From Ptychomitrium polyphyllum (lineage: Eukaryota), in contig OZ316775.1 of the NCBI GenBank assembly GCA_973851085.1, positions 7,192,001 to 7,256,000 of the forward strand: a stretch of 64,000 bases of DNA, read 5' to 3'. Each line of letters begins with the position of its first letter. Within the stretch, counting starts at the first letter, position 1. A program made the position numbers and the translations under genes. This document shows, in pieces, positions 16,717 through 27,505 of this stretch. The notes beneath the pieces are model-generated. The model did not search any database, had not been told where the DNA came from, and saw nothing but the letters and a program-made list of their open reading frames with translations.

Positions 16717-19700
16717 TGTTTATTACACGATTTTGATGGAGCTTAAGAGAGAATGTAAAGAACTTGCTACTCACAATGCCAAGAGTTGAAACATTGTACA
16801 AATTCATCATTCAAGCAATAGCATGTGACAATAGACTATTTGAGAGGCGCCAAGAACAACGCTTGGGATGTCAAATAGTACATCAAAACATAGTTACCAC
16901 TTGTTCAAGAGTATCAAAACGTCGAATCAAAAGACCAGACCTATGCAAATTGATGCTGCCTAATTCAGACGTTTGGCTCCAGAAGAAAAAAAAAGGCGTC
17001 AAAGAGAAAACCTATGTTTGTATTGTGGCAAGTCTAGATATAAAGTGCGCAATTGCCAAATCAAAGGATCTACTTTTACGGTTCAAAGCACAATAGTGGA
17101 GTTGGAAAACAAGCTTGTCCGTTTACAGTAGGGACCATGCGACTAGACACCACAATGAAACCACCATTAAATCAAGGTTTCTTACTACCTTCAAACCTTA
17201 CCTCTTGTTTTACATTTTCTATCAAAATAAAATTGTTAGATGATGAAATAATTAATGAAGCTCTCTTAGACACTGGTGCAACGGCATGTTTTATTAACAA
17301 GGATTTTGCAACCAAACATCACATGGTGCTTGTGAAGAAAAAATACCTCGCACCTGTTGAAGTTATTGATGGACGATCTCTTGCGTCTGGCAACGTTATT
17401 GAAGAAACTCAATCCTTGGAGGTTGTTTTAGGAGACCAAGCATCTAAGATTGTCTTCAATATTATTCAATGCCGAACAAATCTTATTGTTTTGGGCCTTC
17501 TTTGGTTTGAATTACATAATCCAGACATTGATTGGCGCTTACGAAGTGTAGTCTCAAGGAAAAGACGTCAAGATACAAGAAAACTTAGACCATCATTTAT
17601 TAGAGCTAAAGCATTTATGAGAGCGGCAAAGGATGAATCAATCTATGCCATTTATGACACGCCAATGTCCAACTTTATAATAAAGAATAATTGAAACATA
17701 CCTCGTCAATATTAAGATTATAAAGACATTTTTGAAAAAAAGAATGCGAACATGTTACCATAGCATTGGCCTTACGATTGCACCATTGAGTTGCAAGAAA
17801 TGAGCCCAACCACCTTGTGGACCTAGTTATAACTTATCACAAACTGAATTGACTGCCTTGAGAGAATATATTGATGAAAACCTTGGAAAGGGTTTCATTC
17901 AACATTCTAAATCACCTGTTAGATCATCCATTCTATTTGTAAAGAAGAAAGATGGATCATTACGTATGTGCGTGGGCTATTGTGGCCTCAATAAAGTAAC
18001 AAAAAGGAACCGCTATCCATTACCATTAATCTCAAGACTCCTACAACGACTTGGCCAAGCAAAGATATTCACCAAAATTGACCTTGGATGAGCCTACAAT
18101 CTTGTACGCATCAAGGAAGGAGACGAATGGAAGACAACTTTTCAATCTAGGTATGGTCATTTATAATACAATGTCATGCTTTTTGGCCTTACTAATGTCC
18201 CCATAGTCTTCCAACATATGATGAATGATATCTTCCATGAACTTTTGGACGATTTTGTAGTCATCTACTTGGATGACATTTTGATATATTTAAAGGATAA
18301 ACAAGACCACAAATGTCATGTGCGACTGGTTTTAGATTAATTACGCCAGCAAGGACTATGTGCCAAATTGGAGAAGTGCCTTTTCCATGAATATTCAGTT
18401 GAATTTTTAGGCTACATCAAGAATTATTCCAAGATTGTAGCACCATTAACACGTCTTACGGGGAAGCAAAAATTCATTTGGGATTAAAAGGCAGAAAAAG
18501 CATTTTAAAATTTTAAGAAGTCATTCACGTCAGCTCCAATCCTTATTCATCCAAATCCATCAAAGCCTTTTTATTTGGAAGTGGATGCCTTAGATTTTGT
18601 GCTTGGCTCAGTACTCTTACAATATGATGAAGACGGGAGACTTCACCCTCTTGCCTTTCGTTCAAGGAAGTTCTCAGTGGCAGAGATCAATTATGATATA
18701 CATAATAAAGAACTATTTGCAATTGTAGATGCGTTTGAGGAATGGCGACAATTATTTAAATGAGCTCAATTTACCATCACAATATACACAGACCACAAGA
18801 ACTTGGAGTTTTTTATGAATGCGCGTGTTTTGAATTGCCCTTAAGCAAAGTAGAATATGTCGCTTTCCAAATTTGGCTTTGTCATTACCTATCAATCTAG
18901 TAGCTAACAAGGTAAGCTAGATGCCTTATCTCAAAGATCTTATTTAGCTCCTCAACCTAGAGATGATGTTTTGAATCAACAAAGGACTATTTTATTGAAG
19001 CTTAAGAATCTACAATTGAAAGCAGCGATTATTACGACAACATCCCATCTTGACAAAATTCGGAAGGCTTTGAAGAATGACGTCTTTGTTTCAAATATAA
19101 AGAAGTACATTAAAGACAATGGAGATCTTTTAAATAGCAATGAGGACTTTGAATTCCAAGAAGGCCTACTTTATTATAAAGGACTTTTGTACCTATCTCC
19201 AGGCCCTTTGCGGTTGAAGATCCTTCAAGCACGTCATGATTTTCTAGCAACAGGACATTTTGGATTTAATAAAACAATGGAGTTGATTGCTAGAGACTAT
19301 TGGTAGCCACAAATGTGGAAGTACGTGAAGAATTTTGTTTGATCATGGAATACTTCTATAAGAGCCAAGGTACCAAGGCACCACCCTCATGGTCTCCTCC
19401 ATCCGCTTCCAATGCCAAAAGGCCCATGGTTGTTTTTATCAATGAATTTTATCACGGACCTTCCAAACTCTTATTCTAAGAATTCTATTTTGATAGTGGT
19501 GGATCAATTTACCAAAATGGCACATTTCATTCCATACAACAAGACGGTAACGGGAGAAGAAATTGCCAAGTTGTTCCTAAATCACGTCTACCGCATATAT
19601 AGACTACCAAATGCTATTGTATCTAATTGAGGGCTGTAGTTCATTTCCAACTTTTGGAGGGCTCTATTCTAGCTGTTGCGGGTAAAGATCAATCTTTCTT

Positions 19701-21685
19701 TAGCACACCATCCACAAACTAATGGCCAAACTGAATGTGTGAAACAAATTTTGGAGTAATATCTTTGTTGTAGCATAAACTAATAGCAAGGCAATTGGAT
19801 GGATTTCTTGCATTTGGCAAAGTTTGCTTACAACAATACGGTGCATTTTTCAACAACTCAAAGTCTATTCTTTGCAAACTATGGCCATCATCTTTGAGCA
19901 GATCCATTTCAAGTGGAGCATGTTGGAAGTACTGTAGCGGAGGACTTTGCAATTCAACTTGCTAAAATCCATTAAGAAATTACCTTCCAGTTATGATAAG
20001 CTCAAGATTGTTACAAAACTTATGCAAATTGCCATCAAAAAGACAATCCAAAGTTCAAGATTGGAGGTAATGTATGGCTCCTACAACAAAATATACAAAC
20101 AAAAAGACCATCAAAGAAGTTGGACTATCAAAGGTTGGGACCGTTTGAAATCAGCAAACAAATAAATCCGGTTAAGTATTGCCTAAAGCTACCACCAAGC
20201 ATGCAAATTCATCCAGTATTCCACGTATTGTTGTTGGAAACTTATAACAAATCATGTACGCCAGAAAGAAATGTCCCTCTGCCTTGTCCGTTGGAAATCA
20301 ATAATGAAATTGAATATAAAGTGGAAGAGATCTTAGATTCACACATCAAGAATAGATGTGTAGAGTATTTTTTACATTAGCAAGAATATGGCATCAATGA
20401 CCAAACATGGGAACCCTCAACGAATGTAACAAATGCATCCAAGAAGATACGCAAATTTCATCAAAGATATCCTAAAAAACCAGGTTAATGATGATGTCTC
20501 ATCTGCAGCCATTAGCTTCACAGAGAAGTTTTTCCTTCATAGACAAGTATAAGAAGGGAGGAGAGATATCCAAACCTCCAATTATATGCAGCATTATTTC
20601 TAAGATAGATCATTTGTAGATTTTAGCTAGTATGTCAAATCTTCGTATTATAATGAATATGCGTGAAGAATAGTGGGCCATGCTTTCATCAACAACAGCA
20701 TCTGTTGAGCCAACTCAACTTTCTCAGCCCTTGGTAATGAACGATGTAAGCCAAGATATGAGAGGGACATTCCAACGTCAAATACGACCTCGTGCAGAAG
20801 TATTGACTAGTTGCCCTTCACGTTCTTGTCTTGATTAAGATGCTCGCACATTGGTCAGCTTATTAGAAATTGGAAGAGTCATTTCTAGAGGACCCAAAAT
20901 CTTGTTTGGAGGATGTTTTGAAGGACTTAATCAAGATCAAATCTTGGGATGGGACATTTCAACAACAGAAGTTTTGGCTGGTAGTTATTAGCGCTTCTTG
21001 CAAGGACCAGTTGAACCAGTGAACAAAGAACAACAAGCAGAGTATGTTGCTTCACTCCTTCGACAAATTTTGGAATTTGTAGAAATGTAACAAGCAAGCC
21101 AAGAAAAGAGCTCTTCATGGAATTTGTCACTAAATAGAGAGGTGATGTCACAGACATAGATCATGCAATATAATCCTTAGGACATTCTAGAACCTTCTAG
21201 TATACTATAAAAGCTTCTTAGAATACTTTTAAATGTCTCCATAGTCTTTCCATATTTATAGGAAGCTTCTTTGGAAAGTTCCTCCACCTTAAGAAATTTC
21301 CTAAGAAGATTCTACCTCTTTAGGAAACTTCCTAAGAAGGTTCTTCTATCTTAGGAAATTTCCAAGGAAGGTTCCAATTCCTTGGAAGTTTCTTATGAAG
21401 ATTCCATTATCTTAGGAAACTTTTTGAGAAGGTTCTCTAGACTTATAGAACATTCTTAAGCCTTGTAGGAAGCTTCTTTAGAAGTATTCTAGGAGATACA
21501 AAAGTTATAGTATAAATAGGAGGCAAGACAAGATATTCCTTAATCTTGCCAACACAAGTTGTAGATCATCTTGAATCCTGCCTTATTCTAGTCTTTGTAT
21601 CAAGTTCTTGTTAATCATTAGCACTTTGGAAGCTAATTCTTGGAAAACACTTCGTTTTAGGTTCTTATTTCTTGTGTATTTAACA
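16717..21685 (+). mobile_element. Second Ty3/gypsy chromovirus (element B), 5'-truncated and nested in element A
   Basis: Gag end with degenerate zinc knuckle CLYCG, protease ALLDTGA, RT YLDD at ~18266, RNase H, integrase (GHFG, ILIVVDQFTKMAHF, GPF) and chromodomain EYKVEEILDS...TWEP. PPT agagaggtga, then its own LTR 21146-21685. Confidence 0.88.
21146..21685 (+). repeat. 3' LTR of element B, with ~30-bp tandem repeats and TATAAATA
   Basis: TGTCA start directly after the PPT, TAACA end, ttaggaaacttcctaagaaggttc repeats; element A protease region follows. Confidence 0.8.
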
Positions 21686-24600
21686 ATTTTTTTTAGGCGT
21701 TCAGAAGCTCAAAAACCTTGCTCTAATAGACTCAAGAGTCTTTGCATGCTTTTTTGACAAAAAATTAATGAAAACCCCTAAGTTTCCTTTTAGTAGAAAA
21801 TCCAAATCTATCATGTAAAAATTATAAATGGTTGACTGTTTCTTTGAAGATGTTATTCATGAGACCATTTTATTAACAATAACATTGAACAATCATAGTA
21901 GCCAAGTGATATTTAATGTCATTAGGTCTCCGTCAAGTTTCATCATTCTAGGACTTTCTTGGCATGAAAAGTACAACCTACAGATAAATTGGGCATTTTA
22001 CTAAGTAGAATTTTCATCATTAGAGCTTGTAACTATCAAGTCTACAAAGGAAGCCAAAGCATCTTATACTTCTAAAAAGCCTCTCTTCATTGGAGCTAGA
22101 GCATTTATAAAAGCAACAAAGACTGATGTTTTTTTTGCTGTGTATGCAATTCCAACGTTTAAAGATGTGGCTTCATTCTCAATCATTCTAGAAAAGTATA
22201 AGGAGTTCAATGATGTGTTTGAAAAGAAGAATGCAGACATTCTACCAGAATATAATCCTTACAACTGTGCTGTAGACTTCCAATATCATGCCCAGCCACC
22301 ATTTGGACATTTCTATTATTTATCCCAAAATGAGCTTTCATCATTGAAGGAGTATATTAATGAAAATATAGCCAAGAACTTCATACAACATTCAAAGTCT
22401 CCTGTAGGTACATCCTTACTTTTTGTATAAAAGAAAGACAAATCTTTAAAAATATGTGTTGATTACCACGGCTTCAACATAAGAATGGTGACGAACCAAT
22501 ATCCATTGCCACTGATATTTAGACTTCTTGATCAATTTGGCCAAGCAAAGATCTATACCAAAATAAACCTGCAAGGAGCCTATAATTTGGTGCGCATCAA
22601 AGGAGATAAATGAAAGACGGCTTTTCAAAAGGTATGGACATTTTGAATATAATGTCATACCTTTTGGACATACCAACGTACACGCTATTTTTCAACACTT
22701 GATAAATAACATATTTTGGAAATACCTCAATGATTTTGTTATATGCTATCTAGATAATATCTTGATCTATTCAACGGATCCAAAGGGACATGAACAACAT
22801 GTCCGCATAGTCTTATAATAACTACAAGATGCCAATTTATATGCCAAGGTAGATAAATCTGTATTCCACGAATCTTAGGTGGAATTTCTTGGTTATATTA
22901 TTTTCAACAAAGGACTATCGATGGATCCAAAGAAAGTCAAAGCAGTTAGCAATTGGACAAGGCCAAAATTGGTATGTGATGTCCAATACTTTCTTGGATT
23001 TGCAAACTTCTGTAGGATCTTCATCAAGGACTATTTTTAAATAGCTACACCACTCACGCAACTAACATGCAAGGAAAAGCTTAAGTGGAGATCCCATGCT
23101 AAGGATGCATTCCAAAGTTTGAAGTGATTTTTTACTACACCTCCTATTTTGTTCCATCCGGACTTTTCAAAGCAACTTTATCTGGAAATAAATGCTTCTG
23201 ACTTTGCAGTAGAAGCAGTTTTGTGACAAATGGGAGAATAAGGGAGGCTCCACCCGATTGCATTCCATTTGAGAAAATTTTCTGCTGCAGAAATCAACTC
23301 TGAAATCCGAGAAACGGAACTCCTTGCAATTGAAGATTCCTTCAAAGAATGGCATTACTTGCTTGAGGGTGCCGTGCATCTACTTATTAAATATAGCAAT
23401 CATTAGAACTTAAAATATTTCATGTCAGAACATATTTTAAATCGCCGCCAAGTTTGTTGGAATATGTTTCTATCTCAATTTGATTTTTGCATTACATATC
23501 AATCCAAAAAACAGCAAAGGTTATGAGATGCTTTGCCAAGGCGATCATACCTTACGTTAAAAGAGGGAGAGGCACTTCACAATCAACAATGAGCAACTTT
23601 GTTGAAATTTGAATGGTTTTGTATACGCACAACCACCATTTCAACTCCGGTAGATTTATAGTCCTTGACTAAGTATGTGTGGCATCTACCAAAGACCCTC
23701 TTATTCATGATATCAAGTGTTGTTCTAACAACCTCTCTAAAGATTTGTCTAAGTTTAAATTAGAAGACAACCTTCTCTACTTTGAAGAACGTCTATATAT
23801 TCATAAGGGACCAGTTTGCCTTAGTAGACTTCAAACACATCATGATTTTCTTGCGGCTGAACATTTTAGATCCAACAAAACCTTGGAGCTCCTCTCTTGA
23901 TACTTTTAATGGCCTCAAATGTGGAAGGCCGTTAAAGACTTTGTACTCTTGTGTAATACCTGCTTTAGGTCAAAAAATCCTCGACACCGTCCATATGGAC
24001 TTCTCCAACCACTGCCTATTTCAAAGCAACCGTAGTCATCTCTTTTAGTGGATTTCATTATAGATCTTCCACTGTCAAATTTTTTTAATACCATCTTCGT
24101 TGTGGTAGACCGGTTGACCAAGATGGCACATTTTGTACCTTATAAGAACACAATTACAAGTGAAGAGACTGCCACATTCTTCATGGATAATGTCTACCGC
24201 TACCATGGATCACTCAACGATATTATATCAAATTATGAACCACAGTTTATATTAAGATTTTGGAAGTCGCTCTTTGAAATCCTTAAGGTAGATATCAAAC
24301 TTTCTTTTACCTTCCATCTTCAAACCAATGGCTAAATAGAGCAAATCAACCAGATTTTGGAGCAATATTTGAGGCGTACTATCAATTATCAACAAAATGA
24401 TTGGACTTCCTACTTGACATTAGCTCAATTTGCCTACAACAACACCAATCACGCTTCCACCCAACAAACGCCATTCTACTCCAACAATGGACATCATCCA
24501 AAAATAGATATATTAAAGCTTCCACAATTTGAAAATCCAGCTGCAAATGAATTTGCCAAAAGAATGGCAGAGCTTCAACATCAATGAAGGTACATCCCGT

Positions 24601-25449
24601 CTTCTATGTTTCATTTTTGGAAACTTAGAAGGAATTAAGTATTCCTGGACAAAGGCAGCTGCCACCATCTGTGGTCGACATTGACAATCATCATGAATTT
24701 GGAGTAGAAAAAGTACTTGAATCATAAATAAGACGTGGAAAGCTAGAATACTTGGTACATTGGCGTGGATATGACATCAGTGAACGTACATGGGAGCCTG
24801 CTAACAACCTTGTCAATTCACCATTCAAAATCCGTGAATTCCATCGACAACATCCATCCAAACCAAAAATAGATGGAATAGTGGCTTGGTAAGGCTGCGT
24901 AATCTTGAAGATTCTTGATATTTATGCTTTTAAGTAAAAAAGAAAGCAATTCCTAGATCATAAGTTTCTAAAGTTCCAGACATGATTTAGAAATAAGTCA
25001 TTTGTATTTTGAAATTTGTCATAATTTTTTGAGACTGACTCAACATATTAGATATAGACAGTCAAGATGCACATACCATGCCATTGGTGTCAATTCAACC
25101 AAGTGGCTCTCATCAATGGCGTTGTGATGAAAAACACATTGGACCAAGAAGACATTAGAAGATACCCAGCAGTAGAGAGTTGGTGATTGTTTTTGAAGTG
25201 GAGCTGGCTTACAAAAGTTATATAGAAGCTACTTTTGAAGGACACTTTCACAACAAAGATACAGAAGTTCGTGCATGGATCTAAATAGAAGGCGTTGGAT
25301 ACTATCAGTGGTTACAAGGACTTATGAACCATTTGAATTGAAAAAGGCAATTGGAGTATGATGTGGATACCATGCAAAAAAAAATTGACTTTTTACGGCC
25401 CTAAGAATTTGTTGTTCCTTGGATACCTCAGAGCTAGAAAAGAAGGTAA

Positions 25450-25869
25450 TGTCACGGGCATACATAGTAGAAGCATCCAAAAAGGTTTTTAGAAGATTTA
25501 GGAAGCTTCCAAGGAAGTTTCTTTGACTTAGGATACTTTCAAGGAAGTTACCTTGGATTTAGAATGCTTCCAAGGAAGTTGCCTTGGCTTAGGAAGCTTT
25601 TAAGGAAGCAACTTAAGGTAATTTGAGTATGAAGTAATGTAGGTGAAGCTTCTCAAGATGCTTCTAAGGATTATAGTTCTAGTATATATAAGAGTTAAGG
25701 TTGCAGAGCTCTTCGATCTTAACAATGCATCTCTTCTGCTCTATTTCAAACCTTTTGGCCTTATCTTTTGTACCTTGTTATAGCTCTTTACTTCTAATAT
25801 ACTTAAACTTATCTTGCTCCACATCTTGGAATCTTAGAGCCTTATCTTGTTGTTACTCTGTCCGTAACA
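25450..25869 (+). repeat. 3' LTR of element A (~4 tandem units)
   Basis: TGTCACGGGCATACAT ... CGTAACA, homologous to the 5' LTR. Confidence 0.9.
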
Positions 25870-26358
25870 TATACTTCCATTCATATCCAATGCTTCATTT
25901 TGTGTTGTATTCCTATTCCACACGGCCTAATTGCACTCAATAGTATCTCCTCACCACCACTCATGATCTCCATGTGATTTTAAGGTCACTTCAAGCCACC
26001 ATGGTGCAAGCATAAAGACATCACCTCAAACTAGTGACACCTTGCACACACATTTTAAAACTCATTAGTTTCCTTTGTTAAATTGGCCATGCACCAGCTT
26101 ATAGTGGTATAAGACTCCTTGTAGTAATGCCTTAACACTAGTTCCGTTCACTAAGACTCCCCTTTGGCTAGTACCGAGACTTTCTGGGAGTATGGAGAAA
26201 AATCAACCATTCTCTATAGTATTTTTTATGGAATTTGGCAAGTCATTTAGCCTTTCGTAGCTGGCCAAATCTTAACACATCCAAAACTTTAAAAAAATAT
26301 CCAATTTCCCTTGGGACTTAGCCGCTAGGAGCCTCCAAAACTTCTTGTGTACTTTCAA

Positions 26359-27505
26359 TGTCGCAACCCATGTAATGCACCTTAGTAAGCGTCACGCGCG
26401 TCAACCCTGTACACCCCTACAATGCACATGGTTAATCTCCATTCTCACTTTCCAAGTCTTCTTACCATTTCTCTTAGGACACCCAATTTATTAGCAGCCA
26501 ATGGTTAGGTGCGGACTTCCATTCATGTCCAAGGCCTCACTTGGTGTTACTCCCATTTTACACGGCCTAACCACACTTAGTGGTGTCTCCTCACCACCAT
26601 TCATCATCCCCATGCGATCCTAAGATCACCCCGGGCCATCATGATGCCGGCGTGAAGACACCACCCCAACTTAATGGTAACAAGCGTACCCTTTTGAACG
26701 TGCTAGTTCCCTCCGTGAAACCGGTCGTCCACCGGCTCACAATAGTGTGGGAATCCCCGTGGTGAAGCCCCAACACTAGCTCCACCAACCAGGACTCACC
26801 CTTGGTCTCTACTAGAACACTAGGGGAGTGGAGAGGGGGACCAGCCCTCCCTTATAATACTCTCTGTGGGATTTGGCAGGCCCCCTGGCCCTCTGTAGCT
26901 GGCTGAACCCCGACACACCTAGAGTTTTGGAAGACCACCCGATTTCCCTTGGGACTTAGCCGCTGGAAGCCTCCGGGACTCCCAGCAGATCTTCAGGGAG
27001 CCATATCTTCCTCATCCGGTGCCCAAATGTATCGAGCAACCACTTTATCGTCATCTATTCTTTGCGTAGATGCCGATAGATTCCTCAAACGTCCGATTTG
27101 AGTTAGTATTGTGGGAGATACGCCTCTCCCAAGGTTCGGGACTCCCTGGGAGTCCCTCCTTGGACTGTCCCATTCCAGTACAGTCACTGTATAGGGCTGC
27201 CACACTCCAAAACAGCCCTTTGGCAACCCCAACTTTGGGATGCCATAACTTTTAGCTCCCTTGTCCGATTTGGGCAATCTTTAGCATTTTAGAATCAGTT
27301 CTTTGTGATTCCTCCAATGCTCACGATCTATCCCTTGTGGCCCTCGGTCTACATGGGCAAGGATGTTTCTCTTCCTTAAAAGTCCTTCCCACGCTAGGCC
27401 CACTCGGTTCCCCTCACTATCGGCGCCACAAGTCCTGAACGTCTCTCCGGAGTCCCTCTTGTGCCTTTAGTGTTGCGGGCACTCCTCAAGGAGAGATGCG
27501 CGACA
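26359..27505. mobile_element. Young solo LTR (1147 bp)
   Basis: TGTCGC...GCGACA terminal inverted ends, perfect 5-bp TSD TTCAA (26354-26358 and 27506-27510), GC-rich, no coding domains. Confidence 0.92.

Larger units (their letters stand above)
15235..25869 (+). mobile_element. Degenerate Ty3/gypsy chromovirus LTR retrotransposon (element A)
   Basis: Paired LTRs at 15235-15807 and 25450-25869. Gag remnant ~16260-16716; PR-RT-RNaseH-INT-chromodomain remnants 21700-24890 with many stops. Polypurine tract agaaaagaaggtaa before the 3' LTR. Degenerate TSD TAGCC / TATAC. Confidence 0.9.

Noticed and set aside
26993..27277. 94-aa minus-strand ORF
   Set aside because: Lies within the solo LTR; no domain recognised.
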